DNA of 64,000 bases from Azolla caroliniana (GCA_043228905.1 JBHGNT010000009.1:11656001-11720000); one strand, 5' to 3'; counted from the stretch's first letter, positions 26,280 through 38,999 are shown. The notes: generated by a model from the sequence alone, not told the origin. Translations and numbers: made by a program.

Positions 26280-29187
26280 CCTTTCCGGTCGAAAGCTAAA
26301 ATGCCTTCGAACTGACAACAGGGGAGAGTTTAAGTCTGATGAGTTTGTCAAATTTTGCCGACAGTCCGGCGTTTGACGTGAATACATGGCACCTCATTGT
26401 CCGGAGTAGAATTGAATTGCCGATCGGATGAATCGGACAATTCATGAATGAATAGTGTCCATGCTCCAACACTCCAGACTATCGGATCACTTCAGGGTAG
26501 AGGCCCTACTTACGACAATACACATAATCAATATGTCACCGAATAAGCCTCTAGGACTTCGAATACCTCAGGAATTATGGACCGATTGTAAGACAAATTA
26601 CAACAAGCTAAGGATTTTCGGATGTGAGGCATGCGCCCTCATACTGAAAGAAGATTGTCGAAAACTCGAACCGAGGTCCAAGAAATGCATTTTCCTTGGC
26701 TATGGACCAGACGGCAAAATGGGATACCAACTCTGGGACCCTGAACACTGACAAATCGTCCGAAATTCAGATGTAGTGTTCAACGAGTCGCCATGCATAA
26801 GATACTTGAACAGCCTATTGAAGTTTGAAGGGTAACTTTCTCAGAAGTGTCAACCCTTCATGGTGGCCCAACTCATAACACAAGGTTGGCTTCACGGGTA
26901 GCCCAATCCTCTAACACCAAATCGACTCCAGCCGATTTGGCACAACCAAAAGTTTCGCCTCCGAACCATCCAACCTAGATACCTAATCAGGCTAGCCCGG
27001 TCATACCAAGGAGATCCAAAAGACTATCGCAGACTCTAGAGAGATACTCTCTTGGAATCTTCTTCACAGACGCCAGTGAACCGATGACATTCGAAGAAGC
27101 ATCGGCATCAGTTGATTCGCCCACATGGCATCTATCGATGGAGTCAAAGATGAACGCCATTTAGAAAAATAAGACTTGGGACCTGGTTGAACTTCCGGAA
27201 AATCGATGTGATCTTCCGTGCAAGTGGGTCAATTGACTATAAGAGACGTCTTATTCGACTACCCCAAAATTCAAGGCCAGATTAGTAGCGAAAGGGTTTC
27301 AACAAGAATATAGCGTCGACTTCAATGAAATGTTTTCACTAGTGGTGAAAATACAACCCTACACTTTATTCTTGGCGTTGTGGAAGCCGAGAATTTGGAG
27401 TTGATTCAGCTAGATGTAAAACTACATTTCTCCATGGTGACCTAGAGGAGGAAATTTATATGGAGCAGCCGAAAGGCTTCGTGGTATCCGGCCAAGAACA
27501 TCTAGTCTACCGACTCAAGAAGAGTCTTTACGGCCTAAAGCAGGCATCCAGACAATGGTAAAAGAAATTCAATGACTTCATCCAATCGGTTGGCTTCTCA
27601 AAGAGTGATGAGGACCACTACCTCTTCACCAAAACAACTCAAGTTAAGTCTCCCATCTTCTTCATCATTTATGTGGACAACATGCTACTCTCCGGCCAAC
27701 ATGCCAAAGACCTCGCTGAACTCATTCAGCAACTGCAGTTGAAGTTTGCCATGAAGGACCTTGGTCCAACAAAACACATTTTGGGGATGAAGATCGGTCG
27801 GTTTCGGAATCAACGACAATTGTTTCTGTCTCAAGCAGACTATATTGTAAGTGTCTTAGAATGCTTCAACATACAATCAGCAAAATGCGCTTCGACCCCA
27901 CTCCCAATTAGCCTTCGGCTTTCATAGAAGGATTGCCCGACATCAGGTTCAAAGGGGGAAATTATGAAGTCGGTGCCATACGCATTGGCAGTCGGCTCCT
28001 TAATGTACGCGATGGTCACGCCACGGCCTAACATTGCTCACGTCGTAGGATTCGTTAGTAGATTTATGCACAATCCTGGTTGATCACATTAGAATGCAAT
28101 AAAGCATGTGTTCAGACACCTCGTGGGCACAAAAGACTAGGACATCCTATTCGGCCCGAACGATACTTTAGGCATGGTCAGACTTTGCCGACTGTATGGA
28201 CAATCAAAAATCGACAACCAGGTACTGCTTTAAATTTGGCAATGGAGCAATCTCATGGAAATCAAAACTTTAGGAGTGCACTACTACGTCAACGATCGAG
28301 GCCGAATATGTAGCCATGTCCGACGCAGTGAAAGAGGCCTTATGGCTCGGTCGGGTTGTACACACGTTTCGACAAGCGAACTCTGATTCGACTCCAATTT
28401 TCTACAGCGAAATTCAACGCGGTGTTGCTCTGTCCAGAAATCCAGTTTAGCACAACGCCTCGAAGCATATGAAAGAGACCTTATGGCTTAGTCGGCTCGT
28501 ACACACGTTTTGACAAGCGAACTCTGATTCGGCTCCAATTGTCTACAACGACAGTCAAGGTGTTGTTGCTCTGTCAAGAAATCCAGTTTAGCACAACACC
28601 TCGAAGCATATGAAAGAGGTCTTCTGGCTCGGTCGGCTATGTCGGCTCGTACACACTTTCGACAAGCGAACTCTGATTCGGCTCCAATTGTCTACAGCGA
28701 CAGTCAAGGCGTTGTTACTCTGTCAAGAAATCTAGTTTAGCACAACACCTCAAAGCATATGAAAGAGGCATTGTGGCTCGGTCAGCTCGATCGGCTCGTA
28801 CACACGTTTCAACAAGCGAACTCTGATTCCGGTCCAATTTTCTATAGCGACTGTCAAGGCATTGTTGCTCTGTCAAGAAATCCAATTTAGAACAAAGCTT
28901 CGAAACATATAGATATGAGATATCACTTCGTTCGGGACTGCGTCATTTCAGGGAAAATCGGCCTCGACAAGATATCTACAATCGATAATGTTACTAATGG
29001 GATGACCAAGTGACTTTCGACGGATCGATTCCGATTCCTTCGACACTAGATGGGTGTAACGAAGAGTCAATACGATTCAGTCGGACATTCAGGATGGTTT
29101 CGGAAAATTGGCATTCGGCATAGTCAACGTTAGACTCTCTGAGTGGGATTCCCTTTCGAATTAGTTGATTCGGCCTCAGCTGACCCG
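26280..29187 (+). mobile_element. Degenerate Tnt1/Tork-like copia E (integrase-RT-RNase H)
   Basis: RKLKCLRTDN.GEF, KLEPRSKKCIFLGYG, AMKDLGP, VPYALAVGSLMYAMV and the RNase H end, with numerous stops. Confidence 0.85.
28331..28910 (+). repeat. Tandem array of four 141-150 bp units derived from the RNase H region of E
   Basis: Unit aaagaggccttatggctc...acaagcgaactctgattc...aagaaatccagtttagcacaac.cctcgaagcatatg starts at about 28331, 28472, 28613 and 28762. Confidence 0.92.
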
Positions 29188-32100
29188 CAGTGCTTGCTTG
29201 AGGCCGTAGAGTGGCTTCTTGAGTCGGCATACAACTTTCGGATGGGTGCTCGAGTTGAAGCCGGGTGGTTGTATCATGTACACTTCCTCTTCCAATTCGC
29301 CTTGTAGAAAGGCGTTCTTGACGTCCATTTGATGGAGGTGCCACCCTTTCGCCGCGGGAAGCGCAATTACAGTCCGGACCGTCGTCATCTTTGCCACCGG
29401 GGCAAAGGTCTGTTCGTAGTCAACGTCGTGCGTTTGTGCGTAGCCTTTTGCTACGAGTCACGCTTTGTAGCGGTTTATGGAACCATCGGCGTTGTACTTC
29501 ACTTTGTAAATCCATCTGCATCCGATTGCCTTTTTGTGTGGTGAGATGGGAACGAGATCCCATGTCTCGTTCTTGCGTAGTGCCTGCATCTCCTCGTTCA
29601 TGGCTTCGATCCATCGCGGATCCTTGGCTGCTTCGGAGAATGTTTCCAGCTCGCATACTGTCGCTACCTTCATCATAAAGGCATAGTGACATGCCATGTA
29701 GTCATTGTAGCCGAATCGGCTGACTGGATTCTGTTGAGAGACAAGCTCAACATCGGCCGGATCGGCTGAAGAAGCCGAGGACCGGATCGGTTGGGACCGA
29801 TCGGTTAGGTCGTTAGGAAAGATATTCCGTGAGGAATATATTTGGGAGTTAGTGTAGGGGCTCTTGATGAGCATTGAAGTACTGTCAGTACTTCGGTCAG
29901 TCCTTCTAGGATTTGTATAAAAGTGCTCACTGAGCACGTCTTATATATAGAGATTGAGTATTATTGTGAAATATAGTTTTTTGTGTTTCTCTCTCTATCT
30001 CTCCCGCGTATACCGTGTAAGTCCAAGCTCTCCATTAAACCTGTGTTTCCTTCCTCTGTTCTGTCTTCATACCATTAAACTTTCTACATGGTATTAGAGC
30101 GCGAGGGTTGAGAACCTCTCTGCAGCTGACACAGCTTGACGAAGAAGAACAAGAAGAACGATGGATAGAGGCATGGCGAGCTCGCTTCCAATAGAGAAGC
30201 TCGACAGAACCAACTACGCGTCTTGGTCCTACAAGATGCACTAGTACCTGCTCGGGCATGGCTACTGGAGTTATGTCGAAGGAGCTAATGACGCGGCAAC
30301 TGAATCGACACACAGAGACTTTCCGTCGTGGGAGCAATCAGCGAGCAGGGTACTATACTGCTTCGCGTCGTGTGTGGGTGAACAACTATTGAGCTATGTT
30401 CGGGATGCAAAGACGCCGAAGGGTGCGTGGGAAAATCTGAAGAAGATTTTCGCCGCAAGCACCACAGCTAGGAAACTTCAGCTCCGACAGGAGTTTAGCA
30501 ACCTACGACAACGCGACTTGTCGGTGGTGGACTATACCTCGAAGATCAAGGATATCTGCGACTCCCTCGCCTCCATAGAGGTGAACATCGAGGAGAGCGA
30601 GATGGTTTAGATCTTTCTCGGAGGTTTGGCATCGAAGTTCGGAGCGTTCCGAACGGCTGTGTGTACCCGAGAGAATGCGCCGTCCTTTTTCGACTTACAG
30701 TCGATGCTCCTGGTAGAGGAGAACCACGCAGGTGCGTCGACAAGCACGCACACCGACAGCAAGATGTTGTACACGGAGGGAGAAAGGCCCCGTGGTCGTG
30801 GCGGACGAGGCGAGTCGGTACGCAATGGAAGCGTCCGACGAGTTCAAGGAAGAAGGCACCGATGTGGTGCCGACAGCAACTCCGGACCCTCCAGAAACAG
30901 GGGGAGTCGAAGCGATGAGAACCGGCAAGGGAAGGCCATCGCGGAGTGCTGGTACTGTGGCAAGAAAGGCCACAGGGAAAGTGAGTGCTGGAAGAAGCGC
31001 GCCGATTCGGAGAGAACTGGTTCCAGGAATGGCTCCAGACATACCGACAAGGGAAATCAGCAGCAATCGCACTACGCCAAAGACTCCGAGAGAGCTGGAG
31101 AAGGGTCTGTCTTCGTGACGAGACACGAAGCAAACTCAATGAAACAGAGCACCCCGAGATCGAACGAGGTGTGGTACGTAGACTCCGGCGCGTCAAACCA
31201 CATGACGAGCCATAAGGAGTGGTTCTCGTACCTTGAAAAACCGATACAACTGGGAGTAGTCTCAACAGGAGACGACACTCCGCATCCGATCGCGAATGTC
31301 GGAGAAGTTCCCCTTAGCCATGTCGGGCAGAAAGGGAAACTCAAGAACGTGTTGCACGTTCCGACAATCACGAAGAACTTGGTCTCGGTCGGACAGATCG
31401 TCGACCAAGGGATGGAGGTTCGGTTTACACACCTCGGGTGCTTCATTGAGGAAGAAGGCCGCGTGATTGCGCAAGGGCGTAGAGACGGGAGGATGTTCAT
31501 CCTCGACTCCGCTGACGGCGGCACCGCAATGTTCGCGAAGGGACAAAAGACCGAGTCAGACATCGACTTGTGGCACAAGCAGATAGGCCACGTCAACTAC
31601 CAGCGGCTTCAAGATCTGCAAACGAAACAGGTAGTGTTCGGTTTGCCCAAATTTACTGGCCAAAAGGCACAAGTTTGTGAAGCCTGCCAGCTCGGGAAGC
31701 AACACCAACTTCCCTTCCCCAACGAGCGAAACCGGAGCCAGAACAAGCTCGACCTTATACACTCCGATGTATGGGGGCCGGCACAAAACGTTAGTCTTGG
31801 CGGGAGCCGATATTTCGTCTCCTTCATCGACGACCACACACAGCACACGTGGATCTACCTCATTGAGAGGAAGAGCGAAGTCTTCGACTGTTTCCGAGAC
31901 CTCAAAGGGTTCGTGGAATCCGAAACGGGACGGAAGATCAAGTGTTTGCGGTCGGATGGCGGGAAAGAGTACTTTTCCGGTCAATTCAACGGTTATCTAC
32001 AACAAATGGGAATTCGGCGCGAATTCAGTTGTAGATACACGCCAGAGCAGAACGGCGTGGCCAAGAGGAAGAATCGGTCGATTGTGGAAGCGGCATGGGC

Positions 32101-33677
32101 AATGCTGGAGGAGAAGAGCTTGCCCAAGTTCTACTGGGCCGAGGCGGTAAGGACCGCGGTATACATCCAGAACCGGATTGGAGATAAAGTTCGGCGCACG
32201 AGCTATATTTCGGAACGAAGCCGAACTTGCGACACTTGAGGGTGTTCGGTAGCATTGCGTATGTGCATGTACCGAAGGAGAAAAGGAGGAAGCTGGACGC
32301 AAAGGCCAAGAAGTGCATCTTGGTCGGTTACTTGGACGAGCAGAAGGGTTATAAGTGCTATAACCCTCACACCAAACAAGCGCGTGTCAGCCGCGACGTT
32401 GTGTTTGACGAGTCCGCGTCCTGGTACCTGCCCTCGCCTCGGAACCCCGACTCCAATACGAGACCTAACGATGAGGTCAGCGAGGCCGAGATGCCTCCGG
32501 ATGAGCCCAAAATCGAGACCCGCGAAGAGAGTCCGATTTCACTCCGGTTAAGTGGACCGATTGGACGACTGAGTCGGTACGACCAGTCCGATGAAGAGTC
32601 GGCGAGTAGTGGAGACTCGGTTGTGCATTCCCCGCGCAGGAAGCCGAGGAGACGGCTTACGCGCAAAGAGAAAGGGAAGAAGAAGGTGTCGGATTCCGGC
32701 ACGGATAGGAACGAGTCAGACCGACGCGAGTCCGACTCCGAGGGAACCGGTGACGGGTCTTTAAAGATGAAGACCGCGTCGGCCGAGAAGGCCTCGACAT
32801 CGGCTGATGTGAGATTACGCTGATCTACCCGCCAAAAGAACCCAGTTGTGCAGTTCGGATACAACGAGTACATGGCACATCATTATGCGTACATGACCCG
32901 TGTAGCGGAAGTGCGTGAGCCGGAGAGCTACGCAGACGCGGCGGAAGATGCAAATTGGCGTGCCGCGATGGAGGAAGAGATGCACGCATTGGCGGAGAAC
33001 GAGACCTGGGACCTGGTTGACGCACCGAAGGGTGTGAAGCCGATCGGGTGTAGATGGGTGTACAAAGTCAAGTACAACACCGATGGCTCGGTCCACCGGT
33101 ACAAGGCTCGGCTAGTGGCAAAGGGCTACGCGCAGAAACATGGCATCGACTACGATGAGACGTTTGCGCCGGTCGCGAAAATGATGACCGTCCGTGTTTT
33201 GCTCGCAGTAGCCGCGGCCAAGGGGTGGCACCTACATCAGATGGATGTAAAGAATGCGTTCTTGCAAGGTGACCTTGAGGAACAGGTGTACATGGTACAG
33301 CCCCCCGGATTTCACTCTGGAACGAACTCCTCGGCAATATGCCGACTGAAGAAGTCCCTTTACGGACTGAAGCAAGCCCCGCGTGCCTGGAACGCGAAGA
33401 TAACGCAACAACTGCGTCGGATGGGCTTCGTCACGTCAAAATCGGACTCTTCCCTGTTCATCCGGAAAGGTCGACTCGGACCGGTTAGTATTTTACTGTA
33501 TGTTGATGACTTGGTCATCACCGGCGCCGACCTAGGTGAAATCGACCGCGTGAAGCTCGAGCTTGCGGCATCGTTCGACATGAAGGATCTGGGGGACCTT
33601 CATTACTTCCTCAGGATCGATGTGATCCGTACCCCCGAAGGCATATTAATCAGCCAACGTCACTACGTGCTGAGTAT

Positions 33678-36600
33678 TGTTGGGATTTCGGTCCCTTTCG
33701 GATGGGATGGTCGGATATCGGAGATGAATGCCGACAAGCCCGGTTTCGGTTTCGGATCCGGATGACGAAGACCCCGGTTTCGGTACCGGATGACGAATGT
33801 ACCCAGAGAGCGATCCGGATGCAGGGACATATCCGTGAATATGTTCGCTATGGGCCCCTGAGGCTACAGTTGTAAATAGCCCAAAGTCATATAAGTATAA
33901 ATATGACTTAGGGCAAACAGTTTTACTGTTGCTTCTCATTTTTCTGTTTTTCCACTTTAGAGGAGTGAAGAGAGAGCAGCCGTGAGGAAGATAGAGCGCG
34001 AGAGAGGAAGAGGTAGACGCCTCTGTGTATTTCCGCCGCCTGTGGCGAGGACAGCGAGCTCAAGGTCGTCGCCTTGCAGCTCGCCATTGTATACTTCTCT
34101 GTATAGTGTTGGTTTGGAGTCTTGTACTCCCGTGGTTTTTCCCGTCTAGGGTTTTCCACGTTAATCCCTGTGTACTCGCGTTTTGTTTCTCCGTGTGGTT
34201 CCTATTTTCTGCTCCATCGATTCACGCTTACTCGGTTGTGGCCGAGCGAAGAAGGTGAATAGAAGGGTCTATTCCTTACAAACTGGTATCAGAGCGACTG
34301 TTGCAGAAAATGGAAGGCGGCGGCAGCGGGCAGCCGGGGATGATGGTGCTGAATGCACAGAATTACGCCGACTGGAAGATCAAGATGGAGGATCTTCTGA
34401 TTGTTCGGGACCTGTATGAACCGATTGACAGGTCGGAAATACCGAAGGGGGTACTTGAGTCGGAGTGGAAGCTCCTGAACCGGAAAGCCGTAGCGACGAT
34501 CCGACAATATGTCGATGTAAGCGTCCTACAACATGTGGCGAACGACACCAACGCATATGAGATGTGGAAGAAGCTGTCGGGCCTCTACGAGAGGAAGAAT
34601 GCGTTGAACCGGACCTCCCTGATGAGGAAGATAGTGAACCTCAAGTACCGGGACGGCGAGAGTATGGTTGAACACGTAAGCACGTTCATGGGATTCGTGA
34701 ACCAGCTTGCGGCGATTAAGTTCCCGTTGGAGGATGCAATGCAAGCCATCATCCTGATGTGTACATTGCCAGAAAGCTGGGAGAACTTGGTGGTGACTCT
34801 CAGCACCTCCTGCACCGAAGATAACTTGTCCTTACAAACGGTAAAGACAAGTATTTTGAATGAAGAAGCGCGTCGGAGAGATAAGGAACCGGCCTCCGAC
34901 CCGAAGATGTTGTTTACCGAATCGGATCGGGGAAGACAATGGAACCGGAGTCCGCAAAGACGGGAGAAGTCGGGGACCCGGTCGCAGTCAAGAGGAAGGC
35001 CCACATGCTTCCACTGTGGGAAGCCGGGGCACTTCCGAAAGAATTGTCGGCATTACCGAAAAGACAATGGAACCGACAACACCGATTCGAAGAAGTCACC
35101 GGAGAGAAACGGTGCATACCGGGGAGCCACGGACCGGAATGGTTCGGATCGGCGAGGACAGGACCGGAAAGGAACGACGGCACTCGCGGCAAGTGAAGAG
35201 GAGATCATGCTCATCACCGAAGAAGGTGAACTAAACATTGCCGGCGATGAGACGACCTGGGTGGTCGATTCCGGAGCATCGTTCCACCTGACCCCGGAGA
35301 GAAGATACTTCTCATCCTACACAGCCGGCGAGCATGGCTGTGTTCGGATGGGAAACGAAGGTACGTGCTGGATTGCCGGCATAGGAGACGTGTGGTTGAC
35401 AACCCCGACCGGATGCAAAATGCTGCTGAAGAATGTCCGACACGTTCCGGAGGTCCGACTGAACCTGATTTCGGCCGGGAGGCTAGATGATGAAGGCTAC
35501 ACGGGTAGCATCCGGAACGGTGTCATGAAGTTCAGCAAGGGGAGCTTGATAGTGGCTCGGGCCCGGAAGGTCAACACACTGTACCTGATGAATGCCCGGT
35601 TATGTCCGGAAGAGCTGAATGTGGCAGCCGACACTGCCGGTGAGCTGTGGCACAAAAGACTGTGCCACATGAGTGAGAAGGGGATGAAGAGGCTTGCAAA
35701 AGACAACCTTATTCCGGTGAAGCATGTGCACCTGGAGAAGTGCACCGACTGCCTGGCCGGTAAGCAGAACCGAACCTCCTTCCACTCAAGACCACCGACG
35801 AGACGTAGTGCACCATTGGAGTTGGTGCACACCGACGTGTGTCAGGTAGAAACGAAGTCACATGGCGGAGCCCAGTACTTCGTAACTTTCATAGATGATC
35901 ACAGCCGAAGACTGTGGACGGCACCGTTGAAGACAAAGGACCAAGTGTTGTGTGTCTTCAAAGAACTCCACGCGAGAGTGGAAAGGGAATCCGGCAAGAA
36001 GCTGAAAGCGATACGAGCGGATAACGGAGGGGAATACCGGGGGCAGTTCCAGGAGTACTGTCGCTCGAAGGGAATCCGGCTCGAGTTTACTGTGCCGAAG
36101 ACGCCGGAACTGAACGGGCTGGCCGAGAGGATGAACCGGACCATAATGGAGAGGGTTCGGAGTATGCTGGCGCATGCGAAATTACCCAAGGGGTTTTGGG
36201 CTGAGGCAATGTCGACGGCGACATATGTGATAAACCGATCACCCTCAGTACCTTTGGACGGAGACACGCCGCAGAGAGTGTGGACCGGTAGGGAAGTATC
36301 CTACCGGCATCTGAAGGTGTTCGGGTGTCTCGCATACGTGCACGTGGCGAAGGACCGGAGAGGAAAGCTAGATCCGAAGACCCGGCCATGCATATTCCTC
36401 GGTTACGGCGACGACGAGTTCGGCTACCGAGTATGGGACCCGGTCGACAAGAAGATATTCCGGAGTCGTGATATCATCTTCATGGAGAACAAGACACTCG
36501 CCGACTGGGAGTCGGAGAAGAAGATGAAGAGCTCCAAGTCGACCGGTGAGGATCAACTCTACGAGGAGCAGTCCCGACCGGCAAGGGACCGGTTAACACT

Positions 36601-38999
36601 CGAGGATCCGGCCGAAGACGGTGAAGAAACAGAACCGGCCGAAGAAGATGAAAATGATACCGGAACCGGCCCCGATCCCGAAATGGATTCGGATGAAGAA
36701 GAAGAATCGGAAGAACCGGTTACCGAAGCTCCGAAACGGAGATACCCTCAAAGAGAGAGAAGGGCCCCCCGGAGATTTCCGGAACCAAAGCATGTGTTGC
36801 TAACCGACGAGGGGGAGCCGGAGAGCTTTGAGGAAGCGAAGCATGACACCCAGAGCCGCAGGTGGTTGAGTGCCATGCAGGACGAGATGGATTCCCTGCA
36901 TGAGAACCACACATATGAACTTGTGGAGTTGCCGAAAGGAAAGCGGGCACTTCGAAACAAGTGGGTGTTCAAGCTGAAACCGGGAGATGCCGGAAAACCC
37001 CCGAGATACAAAGCCAGGATCGTGGTGAAGGGGTTTCAGCAGAAGAAGGGCGTCGACTTCGACGAGATATTTGCCCCGGTAGTGAAGATGACCTCCATCC
37101 GGACGGTGCTGAGCATAGCGGCAAGCATGGACCTTGAGGTAGAACAGATGGACGTGAAGACGGCATTCCTTCACGGTGACCTCGATGAAGAGATCTACAT
37201 GCAGCAACCGGAAGGATTCGAGAAGAAAGGGAAGGAGCACCTGGTATGCCGGTTGAAGAAGAGCCTTTACGGACTGAAGCAGGCTCCCCGGCAATGGTAC
37301 CGGAAGTTCGACTCCTTCATGACCGACGAAGGGTACCTCAAAACGCAGTCCGACCACTGCGTGTTTGTGAAGAAATTCGAAGGAGGAGACTTTCTAATAC
37401 TCCTCCTGTACGTGGACGACATGTTGATCGTCGGACGAGACCAGGTCAAGATACGGATACTGAAGAAGGCTCTTCACCGAACCTTCTCAATGAAGGACCT
37501 GGGTCCGGCGAGGCAAATACTAGGGATGCACATCATCCGGGACCGGAAGAAGAAGCAGTTGTGGCTGTCACAGGAGAAGTACGTGACGAAGGTGCTTCAC
37601 CGGTTCAACATGTCGGAAGCAAGACCGGTCGGATCGACCCTCCCGACAAACTGCAAGTTGTCCAGCAAGCAAAGTCCCAAGACAAAGGCTGAAAAGGAGG
37701 ATATGATGAAAGTACCGTATGCCTCAGCCGTCGGGAGCTTGATGTACGCCATGGTGTGTACGAGACCGGACATCGGATATGCAGTCGGAGTGGTGAGCCG
37801 GTACATGAGCAATCCCGGCAAAGAGCATTGGAACGCGGTCAAGTGGATACTCCGATACCTGAAGGGCACAACGAATGTGTGCCTCCGATTCGGCTCCGGT
37901 AAACCCGAACTCGACGGTTTCACCGATTCGGATATGTCGGCTGATGCAGATACCAGCCGGTCCACATCAGGGTATGTGATGACGTATGCAGGGGGAGCTG
38001 TTTCATGGCAGTCGAGGCTGCAGAAGACGGTTGCGTTGTCAACCACGGAGGCGGAGTACATGGCGGCTGTTGAAGCCGGCAAGGAAATAATATGGATGAA
38101 GGACTTCATTAGAGAGCTCGGTATCCGGCAGGAGGAGTACCGACTCTACTGCGACAGTCAGAGTGCAATCCACCTTGCAAAGAACGCGGCCTATCACTCC
38201 CGGACGAAGCACATCCAGCGAAGATATCACTGGATCCGGGAAAGGATAGAAGACAAGGAGTTCGTGCTGACGAAGATCCACACGGACGAGAACGGGTCGG
38301 ATATGCTGACCAAGGTGCTCACACCCGACAAGCTGGAAGCATGCCGGAAGAGGATCGGATTGGAGAGACATCCCATGCCGAAGTGAAGGGGGAGTTTGTT
38401 GGGATTTCGGTCCCTTTCGGATGGGATGGTCGGATATCGGAGATGAATGCCGACAAGCCCGGTTTCGGTTTCGGATCCGGATGACGAAGACCCCGGTTTC
38501 AGTACCGGATGACGAATGTACCCGGAGAGCGATCCGGATGCAGGGACATATCCGTGAATATGTTCGCTATGGGCCCCTGAGGCTACAGTTGTAAATAGCC
38601 CAAAGTCATATAAGTATAAATATGACTTAGGGCAAACAGTTTTACTGTTGCTTCTCATTTTTCTGTTTTTCCACTTTAGAGGAGTGAAGAGAGAGCAGCC
38701 GTGAGGAAGATAGAGCGCGAGAGAGGAAGAGGTAGACGCCTCTGTGTATTTCCGCCGCCTGTGGCGAGGACAGCGAGCTCAAGGTCGTCGCCTTGCAGCT
38801 CGCCATTGTATACTTCTCTGTATAGTGTTGGTTTGGAGTCTTGTACTCCCGTGGTTTTTCCCGTCTAGGGTTTTCCACGTTAATCCCTGTGTACTCGCGT
38901 TTTGTTTCTCCGTGTGGTTCCTATTTTCTGCTCCATCGATTCGCGCTTACTCGGTTGTGGCCGAGCGAAGAAGGTGAATAGAAGGGTCTATTCCTTACA
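33678..38999 (+). mobile_element. Intact young Ty1/copia element D (Tnt1/Tork-like)
   Basis: 603-bp LTRs (33678-34280 and 38397-38999) with three substitutions seen by eye, PBS TGGTATCAGAGC 34284-34295, PPT GAAGGGGGAG before 38397, and a single uninterrupted ORF. Confidence 0.97.
34310..38386 (+). CDS. Gag-Pol polyprotein of copia D, 1358 aa
   Basis: ATG 34310. CFHCGKPGHFRKNC knuckle, WVVDSGAS protease, HHCC plus D-D-E integrase (HTDV, RADNGGEY, NGLAERMNR), RT LLYVDDML, RNase H GFTDSD...TEAEY...CDSQSAI. Confidence 0.97.
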   Translation: MEGGGSGQPGMMVLNAQNYADWKIKMEDLLIVRDLYEPIDRSEIPKGVLESEWKLLNRKAVATIRQYVDVSVLQHVANDTNAYEMWKKLSGLYERKNALNRTSLMRKIVNLKYRDGESMVEHVSTFMGFVNQLAAIKFPLEDAMQAIILMCTLPESWENLVVTLSTSCTEDNLSLQTVKTSILNEEARRRDKEPASDPKMLFTESDRGRQWNRSPQRREKSGTRSQSRGRPTCFHCGKPGHFRKNCRHYRKDNGTDNTDSKKSPERNGAYRGATDRNGSDRRGQDRKGTTALAASEEEIMLITEEGELNIAGDETTWVVDSGASFHLTPERRYFSSYTAGEHGCVRMGNEGTCWIAGIGDVWLTTPTGCKMLLKNVRHVPEVRLNLISAGRLDDEGYTGSIRNGVMKFSKGSLIVARARKVNTLYLMNARLCPEELNVAADTAGELWHKRLCHMSEKGMKRLAKDNLIPVKHVHLEKCTDCLAGKQNRTSFHSRPPTRRSAPLELVHTDVCQVETKSHGGAQYFVTFIDDHSRRLWTAPLKTKDQVLCVFKELHARVERESGKKLKAIRADNGGEYRGQFQEYCRSKGIRLEFTVPKTPELNGLAERMNRTIMERVRSMLAHAKLPKGFWAEAMSTATYVINRSPSVPLDGDTPQRVWTGREVSYRHLKVFGCLAYVHVAKDRRGKLDPKTRPCIFLGYGDDEFGYRVWDPVDKKIFRSRDIIFMENKTLADWESEKKMKSSKSTGEDQLYEEQSRPARDRLTLEDPAEDGEETEPAEEDENDTGTGPDPEMDSDEEEESEEPVTEAPKRRYPQRERRAPRRFPEPKHVLLTDEGEPESFEEAKHDTQSRRWLSAMQDEMDSLHENHTYELVELPKGKRALRNKWVFKLKPGDAGKPPRYKARIVVKGFQQKKGVDFDEIFAPVVKMTSIRTVLSIAASMDLEVEQMDVKTAFLHGDLDEEIYMQQPEGFEKKGKEHLVCRLKKSLYGLKQAPRQWYRKFDSFMTDEGYLKTQSDHCVFVKKFEGGDFLILLLYVDDMLIVGRDQVKIRILKKALHRTFSMKDLGPARQILGMHIIRDRKKKQLWLSQEKYVTKVLHRFNMSEARPVGSTLPTNCKLSSKQSPKTKAEKEDMMKVPYASAVGSLMYAMVCTRPDIGYAVGVVSRYMSNPGKEHWNAVKWILRYLKGTTNVCLRFGSGKPELDGFTDSDMSADADTSRSTSGYVMTYAGGAVSWQSRLQKTVALSTTEAEYMAAVEAGKEIIWMKDFIRELGIRQEEYRLYCDSQSAIHLAKNAAYHSRTKHIQRRYHWIRERIEDKEFVLTKIHTDENGSDMLTKVLTPDKLEACRKRIGLERHPMPK

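Noticed and set aside
34289-38658. Many antisense and alternate-frame ORFs over elements C and D
   Set aside because: These are shadow ORFs of GC-rich coding sequence with no recognisable motifs. The duplicated ones lie in the LTRs.
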